Below are positions 48,222 to 61,179 of a stretch of DNA of 64,000 bases, piece after piece. The DNA lies in the NCBI GenBank assembly GCA_001244265.2, contig CDLV01000010.1:1240001-1304000 (forward strand), in the 5' to 3' direction. A model generated the notes under the pieces. The model had not been told where the DNA came from. It searched no databases and saw only the letters and a program-made list of their open reading frames with translations. The stretch comes from Microbotryum violaceum (taxonomy: Eukaryota). The translations under genes and the position numbers were made by a program. Position 1 is the stretch's first letter, and each line of letters begins with the position of its first letter.

Positions 48222-50377
48222 CGTGGAATTGGCGTGGCTTGGGGCCGTCCGTCGGGTGACCTACAACGCGTTCGGTCGGCGGGGTCGGAGAGAGAGAGAG
48301 ACGACAGAAGGGAGGACGACGCGGACACGAGAGGCGAGAGGCGAGAGCCACAGGCACGAGCTCGACCTAGCTCGACCTCGGACGAGGCGTGGCAAAGGCG
48401 AATAGAGGCGAATACGGGCTTGACCAGCCTGCCCTGGCTCGACTCACTCGGCCAGAACTGTGGGGCGGCGCGCTCGGGCGCGCTTCGGCGCTCTACTGAC
48501 CATTACAGTTCCAGTACTGACCCTCCAAGCTCCAGGCCTTGTCGCCTCTTGCACCTTGGCGACGTTTGAGACACACACCGGACTCAGTCGGCCGGCCCGC
48601 TCCGAGATGAAGCGTGATCGGATCTCAAATGAACACTTCTGGTGCACTTCCTTCCGGCTTTGTAAGCTTTTAATGAGATTCTTTGTATTAAAAAGACTCT
48701 CCGTCAGCCAAATTCCTTAGACCGAGGTACAGCAATGTTTAGTGCGGCTGGTAGCCCCCGTCGGCAACAAGTTATAATTACCACTCGCCAGGCCTGGGCG
48801 AGAGCCTGAACAGCCGGATGAACGTGCCAGCCGGGCGCGTTCAATCGAAGCGGAATGAATGGATCATTATCACCTCACATGGCTCAATAGGCGAGTGTAA
48901 GTGCTCCCTGGAGCTCTTTAGAGCTGTAAATATCGGTCTGAAAAATCTCGGGGTGCCAGCCTGGAAATGACGCTGTCTGAGCTTTTATTGCACGAAATGG
49001 CCGAGCTATCCCTGACGCGCGAGGCTTTTGAAAAACCAAAGGAGAGCCTGGTTCACAGGGGGTGCCTTCAAGTTACAGCGCTATACGTAGCCTCTGAGTA
49101 GCTAAGACTATCGTATTCTAGTTAAATATAACGGTCAAGAACGACGGAGCTGTCTTCACACACATCAGAGGGGCATACCTTACCGCGATGTTGCCATCCC
49201 GGCAGCGGACCAGCGGTGTTAGGGGCTGAACAGCAATATCACACCCCGTGATTACTCTGGCGCCACTCCCTCGAAGTCTTTGTTTTTCACGCACTCTCAT
49301 CGAATTTTGCCGACACTAAATCTCGTTTGGGGGGAACCCTCGGCATCATGTCCCGGCCGAAAAGTCGCCAGGGTGGGCCACCTCGAGCTGGCCAAGTCTT
49401 GGTCACGAGGGTAGCGCCACTGCGCCATGCACAACGATTACTGAATCAACTTCACTTTATAGCCAACTTCTATGAACTGGCGGCACTGACGACCACTGCA
49501 CATGCACAAAGTCATTCAGACAGGCACTAGTATGATATGGCAAGGTCAAGTAATTAAAATGCTGCACCCCGATTCTGACCTTAGCTCTTTCAGTAGTCTG
49601 AACGTTCATTAATAACTGGCACATACTTACACGACTCGCTCTGCAAATTGTGACTCGCTAACTGAATGTTGCATGCCCGATCGGCGGCATGTTCTGGATA
49701 CCTGACATTACTGTCAACCCGAGTGCTCTGTCGACCCGTCGCCTCCTCCGAGAGCGCGTCCTGCCTGAGCCATGCGGATCTGCAAATTGTGCAAAGAGGA
49801 GCAGAATGGCCCCGACTTACGGAGCGCCACCGTCGTCGCCCGTATCTTAGGGGCTAGGCTTGGGAGGCTCGAGATGATCACCCTTCTCACGGACGAAAGT
49901 TATCGACGAAAGTCATCCCTTTTATCCCTCGCCACGGATTTGCGCATACCACTAGGGAACCCGGGTTTTTTTGAGGCTGCGGCGGATTTGCCGAAGTTGA
50001 GCAGGATCCCGGTGCCCACTCTGCCGAGCAACTGACGACTTGGCGTACCCTCCCCAGCTTCTCGGTGGACCGAACCGAAGCGTAGTTCCAGACCGATATC
50101 TACGCCATCTGCTAGGCCCTCCAATCATCCTGGGTCGACACCCGCGCTGAACACACTCAAATCTTGCCAGCCATCTCGCCGTCCATAACACTCGAGCCGG
50201 AAGGCGCATGCTCCTCACTTTGGCCGCAACACCACCGCTGATGTGATCCGTACCCATCTTGATATTCTCAAACACAACCTACTTCTAAACCCTATTGCGC
50301 TTCTCCCTTCATCACCCCGTCCGACACGCTTCATAACCCCAACTCGACTTCGTCCTCGTCCATACTCGCGCCCAAAT

Positions 50378-50967
50378 CTAAGCCGAGGCCTTGTGGCTGT
50401 GAAAAATTGGCGGACCAATCAAAAGATTACGAATGATGAGCGATTAGGAATCGAACGAAGCTAGATGTAAGTGTTGGAGAAAGAGGCTCGATGCTTACAT
50501 TTGGTAAGACGCGGCGAGGAAGGGGGTAGCGAACCCGAGGCCGCAGAAGGCGATCATCTTGATGGCCAAACCGGGACCTGACTTGTAGCCTGTGGTATGG
50601 AACGAATGGTTGTATGATGAGTGAGCAGATTGTTGGATTGAAGAGGGGTCGAGATGGTGCCGGCCGATCTGCTCCGCTACAGCCCCTGGGGTTGTGGTGT
50701 TGATGACCTACTGAAGGGGGTGTTCTGTTGCAGAGTATACAAAACACAGTGTCAGTGAATGCACAAAGCTAGGAAGGCCAAGCTATACCCTCTCAAGGTG
50801 CGAAAGAGGGACAGCACAAATGGCAGGCGGCGGGAGGGCGGTTGGGTGTATGTACTCACATTGCCCACGACGTTGTCGACGTGCAGCGAACGCATCTGTT
50901 GGCGTTGGACACTGGCGAGAGGGGTTCGCATCGCACGGAGAGCAGGTCGGGCAGCGGCGGACAACAT
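50378..50967 (-). CDS. COX8: Cytochrome c oxidase subunit VIIc (yeast Cox8 family); 4 exons including a 13-nt micro-exon (50712-50724)
   Basis: Spliced product MLSAAARPALRAMR...RSLHVDNVVGN/NTPFS/YKSGPGLAIKMIAFCGLGFATPFLAASYQI/HKASA*: mitochondrial presequence plus the GFxxPF transmembrane motif. Confidence 0.88.
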
Positions 50968-51230
50968 GATTGTGGCTGGGGGTAGTTCGGCGATCGAGTG
51001 TTCGCAGCGGGTGACGCGGTGAAGGGCGGGACACAGAGAGCACCGGAGAGAGGCGGAGACTGGCGGAGAGCAGCGGTGCTTCAGGGCGCGCTTCCTCTCC
51101 GCGGCTGGTCTCGATCAAAGTACTGCACTGCAGGCGCTCTTGATATCCGATCCGGTACAGAAGCGAGCTTCAAGCTCTTTAGGACGTTGGATTTCACGGT
51201 CTGAGCCGTCGTCTACAGACATTCGCAACC

Positions 51231-51775
51231 ATGTCTGTACGAAATACTACTGCAACTACCACCGCATCGGCGGCTACGTCGTCCCAGACCAACAGGTGCG
51301 AATAGGTGCCATCGTGTCCGGGGCTGCTCAGCCCGTTGCTTGAACTCGCTCACATGATTTGTGCGTGTGCACATCTTGATTTGACCACAGTGGGAAGAAC
51401 CGATCCTCCTCCTCAACTATCATCGCCGCCTCGACCGTCGCCTCCTTCATCGTCCTCCTCATCGCCTCGATCCTTCTGTTTTTCAAGATCACCAAAATCC
51501 TTCGTAGCCGACGCGAGCTCAAACGACGCCAAGAGGCCTTACGAAGGGCCGGTGCGAGGGGCGTCATGAACGACGCTGATCTCAAGTCGCAGCAACGCGC
51601 TCGGAATGGGTCGAGGAGGCAGAGGAACGCGTTTGAGGAGAATGAGTGGGAGGGGACCCCTGTGAGTAATCCCAGGGTGTTCGGCCAGATTATTCGCTTA
51701 GGACAGGTCTACGTTGATTCTGGAGATGCACAGCTTGCTGACACTTGTCGTTCTTATCCATGGAATCAGGCTTGA
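51231..51775 (+). CDS. Small single-pass membrane protein of unknown function (~110 aa); 3 exons
   Basis: CAACCATG start; introns 51296-51390 and 51662-51769 keep frame; Ser/Thr-rich N-terminus, TM segment IIAASTVASFIVLLIASILLFF, then basic KITKILRSRRELKRR. Confidence 0.7.
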
Positions 51776-51993
51776 ATAGCAATCGTTGGCAAAGCTACGT
51801 GCGCCGATCCCCTGACTAATCAAGCCCAGAATCGGCAGGATGGAACTCGGCGATGAATCGATGAAGCCCGAGCCCGACGTCGAAAAGTCAGGAATCAAAT
51901 CTGAAGCAGGAGTCCGAATCTTTGGCCCTAGACTGAAGCTTCAGTTCTCTGAGCTGGGGTTCGACCGTGTCGGCGAGGCGTTGCACCGTATTT

Positions 51994-52033
51994 GGTTAGC
52001 ATTGTGGCTAGCATTGTGGCCAGCATTGTGGCC
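51994..52033. repeat. 12-bp tandem repeat (AGCATTGTGGCY), about 3 copies
   Basis: tagcattgtggc tagcattgtggc cagcattgtggc. Confidence 0.8.
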
Positions 52034-52433
52034 GGAGCATATGGGCCTTCCTGGGGTGTGCAGCATCGAGCTCGGCGACCGGCGATCTCTCAACTATGTG
52101 TTGTTTCCTAGCAGTCCGCCGCCATGATTCCGACAGATTCTGTGTATTGGCCTGTCAAAATTCTGCAGTAGTGTTGATGTCGTTGTACCAGAACTCAGAT
52201 CGTCTTTGCTAGTAGCCGGTACTGAGCGTGCCTCTCAATGTCCACATCGGGGCTTACGGCTAGTCTGCCAAACTTGGATAGACCTGGGACCTGAGTCTGG
52301 ACAGACCACAAACGACCTAAATCTACCTGAATTCCTTCGGCTATGTCTGCACCCGTGGCGCGCGGCTCACCGTTTGTCCTCACTCTCACTCTCCCTCTCC
52401 TCCACCTCTCCTGCTAACACCCTCCTACACAAC

Positions 52434-55400
52434 ATGTCAGAGGTCAGTTCCACTCCCCGTTTTTTGTGTCGGCGATATTCCTTCCGGACTATCCTGCTCG
52501 TGCTAGCGGTGCTAGCCAGGGCTCCTGCGGGCCCAGCGCTGCCACGAGTCGGCGGGCATTACCCCGCTTCCCCGAGGACGACCTTGGCGCATTGACCGGC
52601 TTGCCCGTCGGGTCGTCGCTCGGGTGGACTCCACCGTCTTCCTAAGGCGAAGCTGGAGTGTCACGGTGGACATCAGGGACGACTGCTGGCTGTGCTCGAT
52701 GTGGGGCCTGCCCCGTGGCCTCTCCGTTGGTGGTGGTGCACGGGGCCGCCGTGACGTTGCGCTCTGTCGATGCGGCGTGAAACCGGTCACCTTGAACCCG
52801 AGCTCGCTCGAGCTGCCACGCCGGGTCTCGCACTCGAGCCTATCCCGAGGCTGAGCTTCAACGCTCGTGGGAGGAATAGTACGGTTGCCAACTTTTAACC
52901 TCGGATTGAGGTGGACCATGTTGCACATCGACACTGCATTTCACGCCGGCCCGTGCCCCTCGCTTAACCGGCTACCTGTTCAAACTCGATTCACTGACTT
53001 CCGGTACGATCCTTACCCTTTTCATGCCTTCGCGACATCCAATATATCTGTTTCGAACGGTGATTCGGCCAACAGCTACAATACAAGGACAAGGTCGTGA
53101 TCGTCACCGGTGCCGGTGGTGGCCTCGGCAAAGCTTGTAAGCGGTCGGCGATCCTTCTCGCGCCGTCGAAAGGTTCTGACGACTCCTTCCTTCCCACCCG
53201 CCTTCCTCTTGCGCAGACTCGGTCTTTTTCGCTTCGCGCGGTGCCAACATCCTCGTCAACGATCTCTCGAGGGAGAACGCCGACAAGGCCGTCAAAGAGA
53301 TCAACGATGCCGGCAAGGGCCAAGCCATCGCCAACTACAACTCGGCGACTGAGGGCAACGCGATCGTCAAGCAGGCCGTTGACAAGTGGGGCCGAGTCGA
53401 TATCCTCATCAACAAGTTGAGTTTTTCATCTCTTCGAGCAGGCTCTGTTGTCATCCGCACCTTATGGGGCTGATTTGGGCACCACGTTGTCGTCCTACAG
53501 CGCGGGTATTCTTCGTGACAAGTCGTTCGTTTCCATGACCGACAAGGAGTGGGACATCATCCACGACGTTCACGTCCGAGGCGCTTACGCCTGCACCAAG
53601 GCCGCATGGCCCCTGATGCGAAAGCAAAAATATGGTCGCATCATCATGGCAAGTCATCTGGATCAGTGTCCAGTCTCGAGCTTAGCTGACGTAGGGGCAA
53701 CTTTGGCTCCTGACCGCAGACCGCCTCAGCTGCCGGTATCTACGGCAACTTTGGCCAGGCCAACTACTCGTCGGCCAAGCTTGCTCTCGTGGCCTTTGCC
53801 AAGACGCTGGCCCGAGAAGGTGCCAAGGTGAGCCAAAGAGAAAAGAGTGCCGAATAAGGGCTGCGAGGCGGGTGCTGACAACTCTCTTACTGTCGTTCAC
53901 GCCAGTACAACATCCACGCCAACGCCATCGCCCCCGTCGCGGCTTCGCAAATGACCGAGACCGTGATGCCCCCCGAGATGCTCGCCAACCTCTCGCCCGA
54001 GATGATCGTACCCCTCGTCGCTTACCTTTGCCACGACCAGACCGAGGACAACGGCAAGCTGTTTGAGGCCGGTGCTGGATGGTACGGTCGAGTGCGCTGG
54101 GAGCGATCCAAGGGTGTTGTCTTCAAGACCGACGACACCTTCACCCCCGCTGCCGTCAAAGCCAAGTGGGAGCAGATCAACGACTTCTCCTCTGGCTCCA
54201 CCTTCCCCGAGAACATCACCGATGCCAACTACCTCGAATACCTCGAGGAGGCCAAGAGCATCAAGAAGAACGAGACCGACGGCGAGGTGCGCTTCGACGG
54301 CAAGACCATCTTGATTACCGGGGCTGGTGCCGGTCTCGGTCGAGCCTATGCGTTGATGTACGCCAAACTGGGTGGTAGCGTCGTCGTGAACGACATGAAC
54401 AAAGAGGCCGCCGACAGCGTCGTCAAAGAGTGCGAAAAGCTCGGAGGCAAGGCTCTTGCCGTTGTGTGCTCGGCCGAGGAAGGCGAGAAGCTTGTCAATG
54501 CCGCGGTGGAGAAGTTCGGATCTCTCCATGGTGTGTTGGCGTGGTCCGTTCAGAGGGAGACCGTCTTCGTGATACTGAACAGAGCTCTCCCACCCCGCAG
54601 TCGTTGTCTGCAACGCTGGTATCTTGCGCGACAAGTCCTTCGCCGCTCTCACTGACGAGGAGTGGGACCTCGTCTACAAGGTTCACGTGCGAGGTACCTA
54701 CTCAGTCTGCAAGGCCGCATGGCCCATCTTTCGCAAGCAAAAGTACGGCCGTATCGTCAACACGTCGTCCTCGGTTGGTGTCCACGGCAACTTTGGTCAA
54801 GCCAACTACTCGACCGCCAAGTCGGCGATTTTGGGCCTCACCAAGACGCTCGCTATCGAAGGCAAGAAGTATGGGATCATCGCCAACACGCTCGTCCCCA
54901 ACGCCGGTACCAACATGACCCGCACGATCTGGCCCGAGGAGATGGTCCAGGCCTTCTCGCCCGCCTTCATTGCCCCAGTCGTCGGCTACCTCACCTCGGA
55001 GGCTAATGAGTCGACACTCGGTCTCTACGAAGTCTCGGGTGGGTGGTGCGCCGCTTATCGATGGCAACGATCGTACGGTTACGCGTTCCCCATCAAAACC
55101 AAGGTCACAGTTGAGAAGCTCAAGGCCAAGTGGGACGTTGTCAACAAGTTCGACAACAAGGCCACGAACCCCAACTCGACCGCCGAATCGCTTGAGTCAA
55201 TTATTGACAACTTCTCGAACGAGTCCGAGTCGTCCTCTGACGAGAGTGGCGATGACGACTACTCGGACCCCGAGGACCCGGAGATTGTCAAGAAAGCGAA
55301 GGAGTCGGCCAAGGAGACCGGCGAGTACACCTTCACCGAGCGCGATGTGGCTCTATACAACCTCGGTATCGGTGCGACGGAGAAGGAGGTCGAGTTCACC

Positions 55401-56120
55401 TTCGAAGGCGACAGTGACTTCCGTCCGATCCCGACATTCGGTGTCATCCCTCAGTTCGCCACCTCCTCCGGCTTGCCCATGGATTGGCTGCCCAACTTCT
55501 CGCCCATGATGCTCTTGCACGGCGAGCAATACTTGCAGATCAAGGGCAAGATCCCAACTTCGGGCACGCTCACTTCCGAGGCCCGCTTGTCCGAGGTACT
55601 CGACAAGGGCAAGGCCGCGGCCGTCACCTCGATCACGACGACCAAGGACTCGGAGGGCAACGTCATCTTTGAGAACCAATCGACCGTCTTCATCCGGGGC
55701 GCCGGCGGGTTCGGTGGCAAGAAGACGGGCAAGGATCGTGGTGCCGCCACCGCGGCGAACAAGCCTCCTTCGCGCAAGCCCGACCACGTCGAGGAGGAGA
55801 AGACGTTGCCGATCCAAGCCGCTTTGTACCGTCTCTCGGGAGACTACAACCCGTTGCACATTGACCCCGACTTCGCCAAGGTCGGTGGCTTTGAACAACC
55901 CATCCTCCACGGGTTGTGCTTTTTCGGTATCTCGGGCAAGCACATCTACAAGAAGTTCGGCGAGTTCAAGGACATCAAGGTGCGCTTCGTCGGGTCCGTT
56001 TACCCAGGCGAGACCGTCGTCACCGAGATGTGGAAGGAAAATGACAAGGTCATCTTCCAGACCAAGTGCAAGGAGCGTGGTACCGTCGTCCTCGGTACTG
56101 CCGCCGTCACACTTGCTTGA
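52434..56120 (+). CDS. FOX2: Peroxisomal multifunctional beta-oxidation enzyme type 2 (two SDR dehydrogenase domains plus 2-enoyl-CoA hydratase 2); multi-exon
   Basis: [22 protein letters not shown]; second [18 protein letters not shown] twice; GNFGQANYS twice; hydratase motif [14 protein letters not shown]...ILHGLC. Confidence 0.95.
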
Positions 56121-56353
56121 AGGAGGGAAGACCGGCCGTGTTCGCTCGTATTTGTGTTCTCTCCCTCGGCTCGTGATATCCCGTTGTAATGAAATCGGCC
56201 CACACTTTTCTCATTTTGACTTCTCGCTTCTCAGACGTCGGACCGGTCTCTCGTGTCGACGAGTTTACCATCGCCAGGATGATTTGAAGTTCATGCGTTG
56301 TAGACATATGTACGGAAAAAGCGAGAGTGGGGTCTGGACAAGTGCAAGCAGGT

Positions 56354-57996
56354 TTACTTTCCATTGACGTTCTTGCAGTAATTCTGGTGATTGCGCGGCG
56401 GAAAATTATCAGCGAGCAGTGGCGACTTACGGCAGCATCACCAAAGTCAATAGCGACTTACAGCAGCATCGCCAAAGTTGCCGACGGTGTCAGAGTACTC
56501 GCAGATCCAGTACTTCTGGTTGTTGAGACTCGGACCTGTGAGCGAACAGGAGCCGGCGGGGTGGTCAACTAAACCGCGCACCAGGAAAAAACTGCTGAGG
56601 CCATCCCAACAAGATGATTTACTGAAGATTGAACCCGGGGGACAGTTGGCTTCGGCACAACCGATCTTGGTCGTCGACCTCCAAACCATCTGCGTGTAAT
56701 GACTGTAAACGGGGTTGGTGCAGTTGAATTGGCTCTCCTCGTTCTCCCACGACTTGATTCCGCTGAGGACGGTGGCGCTAGCATCACCAGCTATGGCGGC
56801 GAGGTTCTCGCCCTGAGATCGTGAGATTCGGGAGCTCAATATTGACATGTCTTGGTAAGAGTAAAATAGTAAGAGATGTAAGGCTTACATAAGGTCCACC
56901 ACTGTGCTTGAACACGCACTTATTGGCGTAGTTTTGAGCGTACTTGGCGAGGGTGTCGTCCCAAATGAGCGGGTTTGCACCGTGCGCGGCGCGGAACTTG
57001 TTGTGCTCATTCAACGAGAGGGTCTCGACCGAAGTCGAGGATCGACTGCTACCAGTAGGCGTCGCTGCAAGAGTCGTCTGCCGCGTGGTCGTCAAGTTGG
57101 CCGTGGTTGTGGGCCTCGTCTCGGTGGCGGAGGGGCATTTGCCATTCTTGACGACAGAGTTTTTCGAGCAGGTCTTGGCGCCCGAGGCGTCGCATGTCAA
57201 CGTGTTGGATCCGAACATGGACGAGCATTTCTTGCACTCGTTGGCTGGTCACGCCCGATGACGATTGGCGAAGAAAACAAATCAGCAAAGGTGGCGCGCG
57301 GCCGAGTTGATGACCCTAGTCGGAAACATGACGTACCGAACGAGTAGTGGTCCTTGCGGCAAGAAACGATACACTTGGCTGCGTTCACAATAGGGGCTCC
57401 GACGCGACGAGTGCCGGCGCCCAAGTACTTGCCCGTACCGTTGTTGAAGTAGGCATACGCGTCGAATCCATAACGAGAGGGTACGGGGAGCGTAAAACGG
57501 AACGCCTGACCGTCCCGAGCACTAACGCTATAGATGGCATAGGGCGACAGCGCCTGGGCCTCTTTGAACGTCGAAAGACCGGCTTTGAACGCGGCCGATG
57601 CTTTTCCAGGGTCGATCAATACGAGCGAGAGGGGTCGGGCGTTGCCCGAGCCTTTGAAAACGACGTCGGCTTGGCCGCATTGGGTGAAGCCAGAACTCCC
57701 GGTGGCTGTCACTGTCAAAAAGATAAATCCGACCGAGAGAGTTCAAAAAGGTGGTGATGAGCACACTTGGAGATCCCTCGGATCAAATGGATCAACACAT
57801 TGTCCGGCTTACGAGAGGCCCCGAACCGATCGAGGGCCGAGCGCTTGGGCTTCGTACCGCGAGCGACGAGGAGCTCGGGATCGTGATGTTGAGCTCCACC
57901 AACGCGGAAACGGACATCGGAAACACCTGATGTCGAAGCCGTGACGCTTATGGCGGACTTTGCGAGAACGAAGAGAGTCAAAGTCGGTGTGAGCAT
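56354..57996 (-). CDS. Secreted multidomain CAP/PR-1 protein (unknown N-terminal domain, Cys-rich segment, Thr-rich linker, CAP); multi-exon
   Basis: Hydrophobic N-terminus MLTPTLTLFVLAKSA; HNKFRAAHGANPLIWD, CVFKHSGGPY/GENLA, HYTQMVWRSTTKIGCA, ICEY...GNF/NYCKNV. Confidence 0.85.
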
Positions 57997-59265
57997 GAGT
58001 GGCGTTCGTCTGACAGGGGGGCTGTGAGGCGTTAGTAGCTGCGTGCCCTGGTCGGAGAGCGCCCGCGCCGGGGCGCTCGTTCAGGCTCACCAGTAATATT
58101 ATACGATTGAGAGCACGGAAGTGGATAGCGAGAGAAGAAAGAGAGTGAGATGACGATCGAAAGATGATGGTCTGCGCAGCTCGGCCAAACATCATTGTCA
58201 GCAACGAATCACGCGGGGGCGTTACAACATCGCATATCTTACGGGATGAAGCGAGCGTGAGAAGAGGAAGTCAAGAGCAGCGGAAGGACCGACTTGGCAG
58301 TTGCTGAACTAGGTATAGCGGATCTCGAGACGTGCCTGATGTCGAGTTACTGGCCGGTGCCGGAGAAGGGATGGAAGTCAAGGACGAAGTTGCCAGTGTA
58401 AGATTAGCGAGCGAAAGGAAACGAGTTAGCAAGGATCAAAAGGCTGGGCCGAACCTTCCACGCTTCAGGGCCTTTTGGTGTCCTTCGATCAACATCCATT
58501 TCGATTCGAACCAGCCCTTAGTACTGTCACCCTAGCCTGGTTGATACAAGTCCAGGCCGGCGCCCCGGTTGGCTTCCCGCCGACGCAACGGCTACATTTC
58601 TCTCGCGCGGCGCGACGCGTTCAATTTGATCTGCCGGATTGGGCCTAGTAGTCCCGGTCCATACGTGCCGAATCTTTTTCAAATCGCGTTTTGAGTCGTT
58701 AGCATCCGATTTGCGATTTTTGCCGTACTTCTCTCTACTCAATCTGAACCTGCCCTGCACGCTGGTGTCATCAGCATATCAGCAGCCGCGTATATTTGCC
58801 CTCCGGTGACCATCACGGGATTGGACCACATTGAGCCTTGACTAATCGCGGGCATCGTTCCTACAGGTTCCCGCTGGAATCCTGTAGCCACCTACAAAAA
58901 CACTTTTCTATTTCAGCGCGTGTATCGCACAGGCTGTGCTGCTGTCTCCTTGAGCGACCTCAATGAAGGAGCCTTTTGGAAATGGAGAATCCCTCGGGCT
59001 TTCGTGAGCCGTGACTGACGGTCATCGGGGTTCGTTCTTATCGAGAATGAGAATTTGAGGCTGCGTCATTTGGACCGGGCTGGGAGCCTGAGCTGAGCAT
59101 GGCGCTGAAATCGCGGAGGCGGAGGCGGAGACCCCGCTGAAACCTGCTCGAAATGTCTGAGGCTGGGCGCACCAGCAGCGATCGCGCGCGTTTTGAAAGC
59201 ACGACATCAAATCAAAGCGCAGGCGCTGGCGACGTTAAGCATCGCATCGCTGTGTGTGACTCAGC

Positions 59266-59276
59266 GATGGCGCAAT
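59266..59276. promoter_or_regulatory. Candidate CYS-3/MetR-type sulfur-response bZIP site
   Basis: GATGGCGCAAT, one mismatch from ATGRYRYCAT, ~350 nt upstream of the TauD-family ATG and next to TGACTCA (59257-59263). Confidence 0.35.
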
Positions 59277-59628
59277 GCCTGCTCCTTTGTCATCATTTCC
59301 GTAAGCCGAGTTCACTCTTAGTTTCTTTCCAACACCTTACGATTCAACTTGCGTTGCAAACCTACTCGCACAGACATCCACCACCAACACTCGCAAAGCT
59401 TGCCCGATCCTTTCTTTGTTTGTCTTGCCCAGCGGCCAGCCTCGACGACTAAACTGCCGGAGACTGCCGAAGCCGGACTGTTCTCTCGGAGATTGACAAA
59501 CAACGCCGCGCGGTTGATCGTTGCCTTCCTTGGCTCGCACATTTCAGACGCCAAAGCACGCGACCCAGACTCACTTGAACATCGACCCCACTCCAAGCTC
59601 AAATTCCATTTCGCTACAACACCGCACC

Positions 59629-61179
59629 ATGTCGTTCACGCAGACACGCGCCAAGGCTGGCAGTAGCAGTACCAAAGGGATCTACAGTCTCCCTCTCACC
59701 GGGGCGGTCACCCCGCCCAGCGAGACCGCGCTGCTGAGGCAGCCCCTGCAGCCCTCGGGTGCAATCGCCTCGCGTCGCCGCACCCAACTTACACCCGCTA
59801 TCGGCGTCAAATTTCACGACCTGAGGCTCCGAGAGGTGCTTGACATGTCAGACAAGCTCAAGCAACGCGCTATTCTGTCCGACCTGGCCTATGAGAGTGA
59901 GTTCACTCACCCCCACCCCGGCCCAGTTCTTTGGTCGGGCCAGCGGCGACAGCCTACGAGCTGTCGCAAACGTCAGTCGTTGGCGCTTTTGTCCCAGATC
60001 TCCTGCAGAACTAGCGTCGGAATCAGACATCGAGGTTCTTCTCTTACAACAAGCCACTGATACCCTTCTTTCTCCATATCTCTTCGGCGGCCATCAGTTT
60101 CGCTCAACGGCGTCGCATTCTTCTCCAACCAAGACGACCTGTCCGCGGACGATCTTGGGCGACTGGCTTTGCTCTTAGGCGAACCCGCTGGTAAAGGGGA
60201 TGCTTCGCTCCACATCCATCCCACACAGGAATTGGGCGAGAACGGACTGCCCATCGGTAAAATTAGCAACGTGGCCGACAAGGACGGTCGTCAAATTTCA
60301 TTTGTCGATGAGCGCAGCGCTATCTCGTCCATCAACTGGCACTCTGACATCACGTGAGTTCCTTGCTCGTTCTACGCTGAATGAGAGTTACTTCGTCTGA
60401 CGCTGCTTTTTGCTCTTCCCGCACTGTAGGTTTGAACCACGACCAGCCAACTATTCTCTGCTCAAGATGGTGAGTCGAGTGGAGTCAAGACGTGCGCCTA
60501 TCGTCTCGTTGGCTTGCAACTCCTTGACTGACACTTTTCAAAACCTGTCAACAGCACACTCTTCCCGAGACCGGCGGCGATACTCTCTTCAGCTCGGCCT
60601 ACGCCCACTACGACGCTCTTTCACCGGCAATGAAGACGTTTCTCTCCACTCTGACGGCCACGCACGAGGCCGACATGTTCCGCATCCAATCGCAACGACA
60701 CGGCTTCAAGCTGCACACCGCCCCCCGGGGAGCTCCCGAGAACGTTGGCGACCACCTCCGCGCCTCGCACCCGGTCATCCGCACTAACCCGACCACGGGC
60801 TTGAACGGCCTCTTCGTCAATCAATGCTTCACAACTAAGATTGATCAACTCACCTTTGACGAATCCAAGGCGTTACTCGCATACCTCTTCATGCTTCAAG
60901 CGCAAAGTTATGATGCACAAGTTCGCTACCGATGGAAGAAACATGACCTCGCCATCTGGGACAACCGATCGACCAACCATGGTGAGCGGGCCTTGTGTCT
61001 TACCTTGATTGCCCCGGATACCTTGGACACTGACGCTTAGATCCTTCTCTGCAGCCGCTACCTTCGACTACGATGAGCTCCGACAGGGTGACCGAGCCGT
61101 CTGCGTAGGTGAGGTTCCCTACTTTGACCCCAACGCGATCGGTCGCAAACAGTTCCTCGGCTCGCAGGGAAAGGCTTGA
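59629..61179 (+). CDS. TauD/TfdA family alpha-ketoglutarate-dependent dioxygenase (sulfonate/sulfate ester type); multi-exon
   Basis: LTPAIG, WHSDIT/FE, GGDTLFSS, HPVIRTNP..G..GLFVN..FT, AIWDNRSTNH; ends PYFDPNAIGRKQFLGSQGKA*. Confidence 0.92.

Noticed and set aside
49772..50035. 87-aa ORF beginning MRICKLCK
   Set aside because: A single CxxC with no supporting splice structure or family motif.
58530..58890. Possible TE end and small hairpin upstream of the second CAP gene
   Set aside because: No matching second terminus or TSD found in the window.
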